From the NCBI GenBank assembly GCA_963813715.1, contig CAWFAK010000017.1, forward strand, positions 110,230-174,229: DNA of 64,000 nt, written 5' to 3'. The position numbers and the translations under genes are program-made. The notes beneath the pieces were generated by a model. The model was not told the DNA's origin and made no database searches. It saw nothing but the letters and a program-made list of their open reading frames with translations. This stretch comes from an uncultured Planctomycetaceae bacterium. GTDB taxonomy: Bacteria > Planctomycetota > Planctomycetia > Planctomycetales > Planctomycetaceae. The first letter of the stretch is position 1; the number at the start of each line of letters is the position of its first letter. Positions 49,419 through 57,863 of this stretch are shown here, piece after piece.

Positions 49419-49494
49419 AACCACCAAGCCACTAGGATCACCAAGGCAGACAGAATCCGTTGGGGGTCACGTACTCCTTGGTGGCTTGGTGGTT
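49419..49494. repeat. 14-bp perfect inverted repeat AACCACCAAGCCAC ... GTGGCTTGGTGGTT with 48-nt spacer
   Basis: Arms at 49419-49432 and 49481-49494. An inner CACCAAGG/CCTTGGTG pairing is also possible. Confidence 0.6.
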
Positions 49495-49516
49495 AGAGAT
49501 CCGGATTCAGTCCAGA

Positions 49517-49582
49517 CGGGACGGGACACGTTGTTTCACCGAGAAATGCCCGAAGAAAACGGCCCTCACCCCAACCCTCTCC
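49517..49582 (+). repeat. family 2 partial copy (GGGACGGGACACGTTGTTTCACCGAGAAATGCCCGA...GGCCCTCACCCC...CCCTCTCC)
   Basis: Matches 49241-49304 with a few substitutions. Confidence 0.65.
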
Positions 49583-49651
49583 CACCCGAAGCGGGCGGGC
49601 GAGGGGGAAGACTGGGACGGGACACGGGACCGGGACGGGACACTTTCGATC

Positions 49652-49761
49652 GAGTCCAAGGTCCAAGGTCGAAGATCAGAGGCTCGCAATCCTGACTTTG
49701 GGCTTTGGACCGCGGGACTTTGGACCAACACCGGGACGGGACACGTTGTTTCACCGAGAAA
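49652..49761 (+). repeat. composite repeat, family 2, copy B
   Basis: gagtccaaggtccaaggtcgaagatcagaggctcgcaatcctgactttgggctttggaccgcgggactttggaccaacaccgggacgggacacgttgtttcaccgagaaaa. Copy A carries an extra 12-nt aagtccaagtcc. Confidence 0.7.
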
Positions 49762-49799
49762 ATCCCGGCGAATTCGGCCCTGGCAACGACCTGTCCGCA

Positions 49800-50012
49800 C
49801 GTCGTCGGGGAGAGCCGCGGGACGGGACACGAAACGGGACGGGATTGAATTGCACGGAACGGGATGGGATTGGGACGGGATCGGTACGGGAAAGGTCGAG
49901 ACGGGACACGCGACCGGACGGGACGTGGGGACCGGATTGGAGTCGGCGAGAGCGCCCGGCCCCGGGACGCCAACGGGACGGGACATATCGGGACCGGGAC
50001 GGGACGGGATTG
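49800..50012 (+). repeat. degenerate (C)GGGAC microsatellite-like tract, G-quadruplex-prone
   Basis: More than 15 GGG runs separated by 2-9 nt, e.g. GGGATGGGATTGGGACGGG (49861-49879) and GGGACCGGGACGGGACGGG (49990-50008). Confidence 0.7.
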
Positions 50013-50529
50013 AATCGGGGCCGGATTGTTCACGCGGCGTAGGTCGACAGTCTCCGATCACAAATTTGAGACGCGTGCGACGGTCCGGACACAATCGCGC
50101 GAATGGTGCGGACGGCGGCCAGGACCGGCTCTTGGGGCAACGTTCGCAGACACCACTGCTGAGGCTGTCTCGCCCCCTTGGAGCTTCAAGAGGTGATTTG
50201 GGGATCGCTGGATCCTGGGCCTGCGGTGCGCTCCGACCCAGGCGAGAGATGTCTCGGCCCGTTGGGCCTGCAGAGCGGCTCCTGCGCACGCCCAAGAAAA
50301 GCGAGTCGCTTGGAGTCGTATTGAGCCTGCGACTGCCATGTTGAGCGCGCTCCCGAAGGGGCATTGCCGCGAAACGCGGACCGTTATCACCCGGCGACTC
50401 CGATTCGGCCGACACGGCACCGGCTTTGCTCTCGGCCACTGCGAGGCGGACAGATTCAAAGTGGCCCAGGTTCGATTGGTGGCTCAGGGCGTTGTTACAG
50501 CGACGCTCGCAGATAAGAAGAGATACCCC

Positions 50530-50676
50530 ATGTTGTGGACTGTCTTGTTAGTTGTTCTGGTTCTGTGGGCGCTCGGTTTTGGCTTTGGCGTCGCCGGAAA
50601 CCTGGTTCATTTGCTGCTCGTTATCGCGGTCGTCGTGCTGCTCCTCCAGCTACTTGGGGGCCGTCGGGTCGTGTAA
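50530..50676 (+). CDS. lmo0937-family small membrane protein (48 aa)
   Basis: MLWTVLLVVLVLWALGFGFGVAGNLVHLLLVIAVVVLLLQLLGGRRVV matches the two-helix lmo0937 family pattern. Confidence 0.7.
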   Translation: MLWTVLLVVLVLWALGFGFGVAGNLVHLLLVIAVVVLLLQLLGGRRVV

Positions 50677-50724
50677 GGGTTCGCGCGACACCGACCTCGG
50701 TTCTTCCTCAAAGGAGGCTCGTCA

Positions 50725-50967
50725 GTGCAAACCACGTCGATCGAACGGCCGGTTCACGGCCACCATAAAGTTGCTGCCGCAGTTTTTGTCGGGTCGCTGA
50801 TCTTGGGCTCCGCCATGATCCTGTCAGCAGAATTGATGAAGCCGGAGCGATTCGAGTTTCATCCGGGTTCGGTTCCGAATAGCTACATCATTTATGATCG
50901 GAACACGGGCCGGGCCACTTCCGCTCAAATCGATTCCAAGAATCCGACTGTGTCGCTGGAGAACTGA
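50725..50967 (+). CDS. hypothetical small membrane-anchored protein (80 aa)
   Basis: GTG start 7 nt after AAGGAGG. One TM helix (VAAAVFVGSLILGSAMIL) then a soluble tail. Confidence 0.55.
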   Translation: MQTTSIERPVHGHHKVAAAVFVGSLILGSAMILSAELMKPERFEFHPGSVPNSYIIYDRNTGRATSAQIDSKNPTVSLEN

Positions 50968-51106
50968 TCGCGGATTGGAGCTGCCGCCCTGATTGCTGTA
51001 CTGTGGGCGCAGGTGCGCGACGAGTGAGTCTGTACTGTGGGAGGATGGGTCGGGGGAAGCGGTGTCGGGACATTGAGCGACAGAAGTCACAAGTAGTGCG
51101 GCAACT

Positions 51107-51925
51107 TTGTTAATTCGCGTCGGTTACGAGATTGGCTTTGATTTGTCCCAGCCGACCGCGACGCTGATGATGCTCTACGTCCATCCGTCGCGCGCCTCGT
51201 CGATTCGCGAGCCCGAGCGACTCGAGGTCAAGCCCGACGTTCCTGTTTCCGAGTACGTCGATTCGTTTGGCAACCGGTGTGGCCGCCTGTTCGCGCCGGC
51301 AGGCAGGCTGGTGCTCCGCAACGATGCCATCGTCGAGGACGACGGCCAAACGGATCCGCAGGGCTGGGACGCTCCGCAACACGAAGTTCGCGATTTGCCC
51401 GACGACGTCCTGCAGTTCTTGCTCCCCAGCCGCTATTGCGAGGTCGACAGCGAGCTTTCCGACTTCGCCGCCTCTCTTTTTAACCAGGTGGCGCCCGGCT
51501 GGCCGCGCGTTCAGGCGATCTGCGACTTCGTCAACCAGCACGTTCGTTTCGATTATCTGCAAGCGCGGGCCAACCGAACTGCCTTGGAGACGTATCGCGA
51601 GCGTATCGGTGTCTGCCGCGATTTTACGCATCTGGCCCTGACGCTCTGCCGCTGCATGAATGTTCCGGCCCGTTACTGCACGGGTTATCTCGGCGACATC
51701 GGCGTGCCGTCCTCGCCGCATCCGATGGATTTCAGTGCGTGGTTCGAAGTCTTCCTGGGCGGAACCTGGTGGGCTTTTGATCCCCGCAACAATATCCCGC
51801 GGATCGGCCGGATTCTCATGGCCCGCGGCCGAGACGCGGCAGACGCGGCACTGACGACCACGTTCGGCGCGAACCAATTGGCATCGTTCAACGTCTGGAC
51901 TCACGAAGTATTCGACACGCGATAA
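51107..51925 (+). CDS. transglutaminase-like cysteine protease family protein
   Basis: Bact_transglu_N-like start (IRVGYEIGFDL...) and core GVCRDFTHLALTLCRCMNVPARYCTGY...HAWFEV-type catalytic Cys/His region. TTG start. Confidence 0.8.
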   Translation: MLIRVGYEIGFDLSQPTATLMMLYVHPSRASSIREPERLEVKPDVPVSEYVDSFGNRCGRLFAPAGRLVLRNDAIVEDDGQTDPQGWDAPQHEVRDLPDDVLQFLLPSRYCEVDSELSDFAASLFNQVAPGWPRVQAICDFVNQHVRFDYLQARANRTALETYRERIGVCRDFTHLALTLCRCMNVPARYCTGYLGDIGVPSSPHPMDFSAWFEVFLGGTWWAFDPRNNIPRIGRILMARGRDAADAALTTTFGANQLASFNVWTHEVFDTR

Positions 51926-51963
51926 CGATGCCGAGTTGCGAGTCCAGCACTCCGCTAGTCGCG

Positions 51964-53526
51964 TTAGCGCGTCAGATGGGGATGTGATTGGTCTTCGGCG
52001 AGTTGTTTGAGAGCCACCCGGTCGACTTTGCCCGTGGCATTCAGCGGCATTTCGGCGAGGACGACGATTTCCTCGGGCGCTTTGTAGCCGACGTGCTTTC
52101 GCGCGAAGGCGATCAGCTCGGCGCTGGTGGGCCGCTTGGCTCCTGCGCGGAGGGTGACGTAGGCCCGCACGTTTTCGCCGTGGACAAGATCGTGGACGCC
52201 GACGACTCCGGCGGACTCGATGGCCGGGTGTTCTTCCAAAACTTCCTCGACCTCTTGGGGGCAGATGTTCGAGCCATCGTGCACGATGATCTGTTTCTTG
52301 CGGCCGTGAAACCACAGGTAGCCGTCGGCATCGACGCGCATCAGGTCGCCCGTGTCGAGCCAGCCGTCGACGATGGTCTCGGCGGTGGCTTGCTGGTTGC
52401 CCCAATAGCCGACCGTGATGGCCGGCGACCGGACCCAGACCCGACCCGAGGTGCCGGCCGACGCTTCGACGCCGGAATCGTCGCGGAGGGACATTTCAAA
52501 GCCCGGACAAATCTTGCCGATCGAGCCCAACCGGTTTTCGCCGGACGGCGGATTGAGCGTGGCGACGCCGATCTCGGTCATGCCGTAGCTTTCGTCGACG
52601 GGGAAGCCCGCCAGGCCGATGAATTCCTGCTCCAGCTCGGCACTGACTTTGTCGCCGCCGGAAAGGCACAGCCGGATGGACGAAAAGTCGTGCGGGCCGG
52701 CGTCGTGGTCGCGGACCAAGGCGATCAAAGCGGCCGGCAGCATGAACAGCACCGTCGGGCGATACCGCTGCAGGAGGGGCAAGATCTCGGGACCATCGCT
52801 GGCACTTGGCACGATCAGGCGACCGCCAGCCGCAAGCGTCGACAGTCCGAACAGCGACCCGCCGATATGCGAAAACGACGAGCCGGGAAGGAATGTATCG
52901 CCCTCCGCGAGTTCCATCGCCTGAATGAAGGTCGCAATCATGCCGGCGTAGGAGCCGTGCGTATGCGTGACGCCCTTGGGCTTGCCCGTGCTGCCCGACG
53001 TGAAATAGATGAAGGCCGGAGCGTCGGCGGGAGGCGTGGGCAGTTCGCCGCTGGCGGGCGGACCGTCGATCAACTCTTCGTAATGCGGACCGCGGCCGTC
53101 ACTCGCCTCACAACGAATCACGCCCTTGGGGAGACGGTTCGCGAACCGGCTGGCGGCGACATCTCCGTCGCGCTCCGCATGATGCAAGAGCAGCGACGCG
53201 CCACTGACCTCCAAGGCGTGGTCGATCTCCGGCGGCATGTAGCGATAGTTGAGCGGCGTCGCCACCAGTGCGGCTTTCAGGCAGGCGAGATAGTGAATGA
53301 CGAGCGACGGGCGATTGGGCATCAGCGACGCCACCCGATCGCCGGGCTTCAAACCGAGTGCCAGATACTGCACCGCCAGCCGCGTGCTGAGCTCGTCAAG
53401 TTGCCGCCAACTCAGGCACGAAGTGGCCGAGATCAGCGCCAGATCGTCCGGTTTGGTCTTCAGCCCGCGTCCCAGCAGATTGGCGATCGCCGTGGCACGC
53501 GTCAGAGGAGGTCCGGCAAGGGGCAC
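51964..53526 (-). CDS. AMP-dependent acyl-CoA synthetase/ligase
   Basis: 520 aa. YFTSGSTGKPKGVTHTH (AMP-binding motif), YGMTE, TGDLMRVDADGYLWFHGRKK and C-terminal LNATGKVDR. Confidence 0.9.
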   Translation of the reverse strand: MPLAGPPLTRATAIANLLGRGLKTKPDDLALISATSCLSWRQLDELSTRLAVQYLALGLKPGDRVASLMPNRPSLVIHYLACLKAALVATPLNYRYMPPEIDHALEVSGASLLLHHAERDGDVAASRFANRLPKGVIRCEASDGRGPHYEELIDGPPASGELPTPPADAPAFIYFTSGSTGKPKGVTHTHGSYAGMIATFIQAMELAEGDTFLPGSSFSHIGGSLFGLSTLAAGGRLIVPSASDGPEILPLLQRYRPTVLFMLPAALIALVRDHDAGPHDFSSIRLCLSGGDKVSAELEQEFIGLAGFPVDESYGMTEIGVATLNPPSGENRLGSIGKICPGFEMSLRDDSGVEASAGTSGRVWVRSPAITVGYWGNQQATAETIVDGWLDTGDLMRVDADGYLWFHGRKKQIIVHDGSNICPQEVEEVLEEHPAIESAGVVGVHDLVHGENVRAYVTLRAGAKRPTSAELIAFARKHVGYKAPEEIVVLAEMPLNATGKVDRVALKQLAEDQSHPHLTR

Positions 53527-53770
53527 GACCGATTCCTTAAGCTCAAGCGATCACGAAGAATCGCGGCTGCCATGTTACGCCGCCCCATTAATCTTGACAT
53601 CTTTATTATGCGGCATCGACCAATCGCGGTCTGCCGTCTCAACCTTGGCGAGCTAAACGCTTCCCAGCACGCCTGCGGCGGCTCGCCCCGTTTTGAGTCG
53701 TAAGTCGGGTAAGCCGCAACAGGTGCAGGGGCGTGCCCCTGCCGGTAGAATTCGGCCAGGAGGTATCACT

Positions 53771-54859
53771 ATGACGGGCGATTGTTTGCCATTGAAGGCC
53801 ATTCATCACGTTGAGTTGCTGGTCGGAAATGCGAAGCAGGCTGCTTATTTTTATCGGCACGCCTTCGGGTTTTCGCAGCTGGCGTACGCCGGTCCGGAAA
53901 CCGGGCTGAAGGATCAGGCCTCGTACGTGCTCTACCAGGGGGACATCCGCCTGGTGGTGAGCACGCCTCTGTCGCCGGACGACGCGATGGCCGACCACTT
54001 GCGGCGGCACGGGGACGGGGTGCTCGATATCGCCTTTCTGGTCGACGACGTCGATTCGGCGTACGACGAGGCCGTGAAGCGCGGTGCGCAGCCGGCGCTG
54101 CCGCCTTACGATCGCAGCGATCCGTCCGGCCGCATTCGCCGGGCAAAGATTCGCACCTACGGCGACACGCTCCATTCGCTGATCTCGACGGCCGACTACA
54201 CCGGGCCGTTTTTGCCGGGTTACCAGGTCCGCCGCCGACCGTCTCCGGGAGCGGGGCTCGAGCGGATCGACCATATCGTGGGCAACGTCGAAGACGGCCG
54301 CATGAACGACTGGGGGACGTTTTACAACAAGGTCCTCGGCTTCCATCAGTTCATGTCGTTCGACGACAAGGACATTTCGACCGAGTTCTCGGCCCTCCGC
54401 AGCCAGGTGATGGCCGCTCCGAACAATGTGGTCAAGTTCCCGATCAACGAACCGGCTCCGGGCAAGCGCAAGAGCCAGATTCAAGAGTATCTCGACTACA
54501 ACGGCGGGGCCGGCGTCCAGCACGTAGCCATCACCACCCGCGACATCATCCACACGATCTCGGTGCTGAAGGACAATGGTGTCGAGTTTTTGATGGTCCC
54601 GACTTCGTACTACTCGGATTTGTGGGACCGGGTCGGCGAGGTGCGGGAGGACCACCAGGCGATCAAGGATTTGGGGATCCTGGTCGACTGCGACGAAAAG
54701 GGTTACCTGCTGCAGATCTTCACCAAGCCCGTGGAGGACCGGCCGACCCTGTTCTTCGAGATCATTCAGCGGCAGGGCTCTGACGCTTTCGGAAAAGGCA
54801 ATTTCAAGGCCCTGTTCGAGGCGATTGAACGCGAACAAGCGGCTCGGGGGAACCTATAA
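53771..54859 (+). CDS. hppD: 4-hydroxyphenylpyruvate dioxygenase
   Basis: ATG 5 nt after AGGAGG. HVELLVGNAKQAAYFY, GAGVQHVAI and C-terminal IIQRQGSDAFGKGNFKALFEAIEREQAARGNL. Confidence 0.9.
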   Translation: MTGDCLPLKAIHHVELLVGNAKQAAYFYRHAFGFSQLAYAGPETGLKDQASYVLYQGDIRLVVSTPLSPDDAMADHLRRHGDGVLDIAFLVDDVDSAYDEAVKRGAQPALPPYDRSDPSGRIRRAKIRTYGDTLHSLISTADYTGPFLPGYQVRRRPSPGAGLERIDHIVGNVEDGRMNDWGTFYNKVLGFHQFMSFDDKDISTEFSALRSQVMAAPNNVVKFPINEPAPGKRKSQIQEYLDYNGGAGVQHVAITTRDIIHTISVLKDNGVEFLMVPTSYYSDLWDRVGEVREDHQAIKDLGILVDCDEKGYLLQIFTKPVEDRPTLFFEIIQRQGSDAFGKGNFKALFEAIEREQAARGNL

Positions 54860-54903
54860 TTCGAGCGGACAAAAGTCGCCGGCAGATCGAACACTGCATT
54901 GAT

Positions 54904-55001
54904 GGGTGGCACTGGCGGCTCGTCCGCCAGTGTCCATTTTCGGGCCCGTGCGCATTTTCGGAGTTGAAATTCCACTGGCGGACAAGCCGCCAGTGCCACC
55001 C
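54904..55001. repeat. pair of inverted 29-nt REP-like elements, each itself a hairpin (CACTGGCGG-N5-CCGCCAGTG)
   Basis: GGGTGGCACTGGCGGCTCGTCCGCCAGTG (54904-54932) and its reverse complement with one mismatch (54973-55001). Located between hppD and hmgA. Confidence 0.7.
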
Positions 55002-55050
55002 TGCAAGTTGACGTTGTCGGGCGAATTGGTGGCGGGAAGCGAGGTGCTTT

Positions 55051-56217
55051 ATGTCCTCGTATCATCGTTTGGGCGAGTTGCCTCGCAAACGGCACATCGT
55101 CTTTCGGCAGCCGGACGGCAGCCTGTATCACGAGCACGTGATGGGTAGCCGTGGCTTCTCCGGCCCCGAGTCGCTGCTCTATCACCGCCGGCCCCCCACC
55201 GCCATCATCTCGTCGCGGCTGTTGCAAAAGTGCGAATGGGTGCGGGATGACGATGCCACATTGCGGATGCGGCACTTCGCCACCCACAGTCTGCCGCAGC
55301 AAAAGAGTGTCACGCTCAACCGCAGCCCCCTGCTCTTCAACGCCGACGTGGCGATGTCGTACGTGCAGCCGACGACGACCGACACGTTTTTCTACCGCAA
55401 CGCGCAAGGGGACGAGCTGGTTTACGTTTCCGAGGGGACGGGCGTTCTCGAAACGATGCTGGGCGACCTGTCGTACCAGGCGGGCGACTACGTGATCATC
55501 CCTCGCGGGATCACGCATCGCTGGAAGCTCGGCGACAAACCGCCGCGGATGCTGGTGATCGAGAGCGCGGGCCCGATTCGGCCGCCCGCGCGATACGTCA
55601 ACGAGGTCGGTCAGTACCTCGAGCACAGCCCCTATTGTGAGCGCGACATCCGCCGGCCGACGACGCTGCAGTCGCACAACGAGACGGGCGAATTCCCGGT
55701 CGTCGTCAAGCAGAACGACGCGCTGACCGAGGTGATCTTGGATCACCACCCGTTCGACGTGATCGGCTGGGACGGGAACTACTACCCGTGGATTTTGTCG
55801 ATCCACGACTTCGAGCCGATCGTCGGCAGCCTGCACCAGCCACCCCCCGTGCACCAGACGTTTCAGGGGGACGGCTTCGTCGTCTGCTCGTTCGTGCCGC
55901 GGCTATTCGACTTCCACCCCGACGCGGTACCCGTGCCCTACAATCACTCCAACGTCAACAGCGACGAAGTGATTTACTACGCCAACAACGAGTTCATGAG
56001 CCGCAAGGGAATTTCGTATGGCTCGCTGACTCTCCATCCGGGCGGCCTGCCCCACGGGCCGCATCCCGGACGGGTTGAGGAGTCGATTGGCAAGAAACGG
56101 ACCGACGAGCTGGCCGTCATGCTCGACACGTTCCGTCCCCTACAGGTCGGCCAAGGCGTGCAGGCGATCGAGGATCCCGAATACGCGCAGAGCTGGTTCA
56201 GACACATGGCGAAGTGA
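55051..56217 (+). CDS. hmgA: homogentisate 1,2-dioxygenase
   Basis: 388 aa, cupin-type. YHRLGELPRKRHIVFRQPDGSLYHEHVMG...GDYVIIPRGITHRW...SLTLHPGGLPHGPHPG. Sits directly downstream of hppD. Confidence 0.8.
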   Translation: MSSYHRLGELPRKRHIVFRQPDGSLYHEHVMGSRGFSGPESLLYHRRPPTAIISSRLLQKCEWVRDDDATLRMRHFATHSLPQQKSVTLNRSPLLFNADVAMSYVQPTTTDTFFYRNAQGDELVYVSEGTGVLETMLGDLSYQAGDYVIIPRGITHRWKLGDKPPRMLVIESAGPIRPPARYVNEVGQYLEHSPYCERDIRRPTTLQSHNETGEFPVVVKQNDALTEVILDHHPFDVIGWDGNYYPWILSIHDFEPIVGSLHQPPPVHQTFQGDGFVVCSFVPRLFDFHPDAVPVPYNHSNVNSDEVIYYANNEFMSRKGISYGSLTLHPGGLPHGPHPGRVEESIGKKRTDELAVMLDTFRPLQVGQGVQAIEDPEYAQSWFRHMAK

Positions 56218-56272
56218 TCGAGAGCGAAAAACAGGCGGCCGCTTGAGCGAAGACGAGCTGATTCCCGTATTC

Positions 56273-56485
56273 ATGCCGAGCCTGGTCTCGGTTCTGCTCC
56301 GCAGTGAGCGCGACAAGGGGTCTCCGCTCACAGAAGAAGAGGTCCTCGCAATCCGCGACAAGTCGGCAGTGGTGATGATGCGCCGCAGGCACGCTGTTGA
56401 GATGGCTGAGAAGAGGGGATACGACGACATCGACCCCACTCAGTGCTGGTCCGAGTGGCAGCGCGTTCGCGTAGAGCTATTGTGA
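56273..56485 (+). CDS. hypothetical small protein (70 aa; could start at TTG 56243)
   Basis: Only the protein-like tail of ORF 56075-56485 is supported (SPLTEEEVLAIRDKSAVVMMRRRHAVEMAEKRGYDDIDPTQCWSEW). No recognisable domain. Confidence 0.35.
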   Translation: MPSLVSVLLRSERDKGSPLTEEEVLAIRDKSAVVMMRRRHAVEMAEKRGYDDIDPTQCWSEWQRVRVELL

Positions 56486-56564
56486 GTGTCGGCCGCGACT
56501 TGAATCACGTTGCACCAGTCGTCGCGGCCGGCGCCAGACTCAAAACCGAGGAGGCTTGACCACG

Positions 56565-57863
56565 ATGATCGGCAGGCCGCAGGATGGTGCACGCACCGAG
56601 ATCGACGTTCGGCCCGGCTCGTTCGTGCCTCCGTCGCCCGCGGAGCTGACGGCGCGGCTTCCCAATCTCGAAGTGACCGAGATGCTTGGCCACGGCGGAA
56701 TGGGTGTCGTCTACAAAGGGCGACAGCCGTTTCTCGATCGCGCGGTCGCCATCAAGTTGATTCGCCCCGATTTCAACAACGAGGAGTCACAGCAGAGCTT
56801 CATTCGCGAGGCACGATCGTTGGCGAAGTTGACACATCCGTACATCGTCAATGTCTTCGACTGTGGCAAAGCCGGCGATCTGTTCTACTTTGTGATGGAA
56901 TACGTGGAAGGCAACAGCCTTCGGCACTTCCTCTCCCAGAAATCGGTTTCCCAGCGGGATGTTCTCGACTATCTGCCCCAGATCGGCGAAGCCTTGCAAT
57001 ACGCCCACGACAGCGGAATCGTGCATCGGGACGTGAAACCGGAGAACATCATCGTCGATCGCCGCAACCGAGTGCGGCTGGTCGATTTTGGGCTGGCGAA
57101 ATGGCTCGGGTCTGCGGGGATTGACGGACCTCGCGACACGGCCGTGGCCGGCACCTGGGGCTACATCGCTCCGGAACAGATCTCGATGCCTGAAAGCGTC
57201 GACCATCGGGCGGACATCTTCTCCACCGGCGTCGTCTGCTATGAGATGCTGACCGGCCAAGTGCCCCGCGATGGCTTCCAGCCTCCGTCGAATTCCTCGG
57301 CGGCTGACCCGCGGTTCGATCCGATCGTCGGGCGGGCTCTCGAACGCGATCGAGAGCGGCGCTATCAACAGATGCGGGAAATGAATGCCGACGTGCGGCT
57401 GCTGACGAGGACACCGGAGTCGACGCTCCGCTTCGTGCGGACGATTGCCGCCCCGATCGAGAAGGTCTTCGAGGCGTGGACCCGGCCCGAAGTGATGGCG
57501 AACTGGTTCGCACCGACCGACGACTTCGTTCCTTCCGCAGTCGAGGTCGACCTGCGGGTCGGCGGCAACTACCGCGTCGACATGCGGCCGAAAGATAGCA
57601 CCGAAGTTTTTATGCACCGGGGGCAGTATTGCCGCATCGAGCCGCCCCACTTATTGAGTTTTACCTGGTGCCCGGTATCGCGTGGCCCGAACACTCCGGA
57701 AACGCAGGTGACGATCGAACTGCGGCCCAACGGCGACGCAACCGACTTGACGTTGATCCATGAACGATTTCCCGACGAAGCGGATCGTGATCGTCACCAG
57801 AAAGGCTGGCACGGCTGCTTGGGACGATTGGCGAGCAAAGTGGACGCAGCAGATGGCACATAA
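56565..57863 (+). CDS. Ser/Thr protein kinase fused to a C-terminal SRPBCC (AHSA1/START-like) domain
   Basis: GHGGMGVVYKG...AIKLI, HRDVKPENIIV, DFGLAK and APE, followed by RFVRTIAAPIEKVFEAWTRPEVMANWFAP...VGGNYRVDM...LSFTW...TLIHERF. ATG 11 nt after GAGGAGG. Confidence 0.8.
   Translation: MIGRPQDGARTEIDVRPGSFVPPSPAELTARLPNLEVTEMLGHGGMGVVYKGRQPFLDRAVAIKLIRPDFNNEESQQSFIREARSLAKLTHPYIVNVFDCGKAGDLFYFVMEYVEGNSLRHFLSQKSVSQRDVLDYLPQIGEALQYAHDSGIVHRDVKPENIIVDRRNRVRLVDFGLAKWLGSAGIDGPRDTAVAGTWGYIAPEQISMPESVDHRADIFSTGVVCYEMLTGQVPRDGFQPPSNSSAADPRFDPIVGRALERDRERRYQQMREMNADVRLLTRTPESTLRFVRTIAAPIEKVFEAWTRPEVMANWFAPTDDFVPSAVEVDLRVGGNYRVDMRPKDSTEVFMHRGQYCRIEPPHLLSFTWCPVSRGPNTPETQVTIELRPNGDATDLTLIHERFPDEADRDRHQKGWHGCLGRLASKVDAADGT

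Noticed and set aside
48400-50050. Possible CRISPR array, given the many short repeats.
   Set aside because: The repeats belong to several unrelated families, have irregular spacing and orientation, and lack uniform repeat-spacer periodicity. No cas genes are in the window.
48258-50439. Minus-strand ORFs of 372 aa and 310 aa, plus several plus-strand ORFs, in the repeat island.
   Set aside because: The peptides are strings such as PSRPVPSRFVSRP and GTGHGTGTG generated by the GGGAC and REP-like repeats. There are no start contexts and no domain-like segments.
51110-55854. Long shadow ORFs (51110-52405 minus, 51988-53703 plus, 53639-54838 minus, 54766-55854 minus).
   Set aside because: They lie opposite the transglutaminase-like, acyl-CoA ligase, hppD and hmgA genes. 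Their composition is Arg/Gly/Pro-rich with no motifs.
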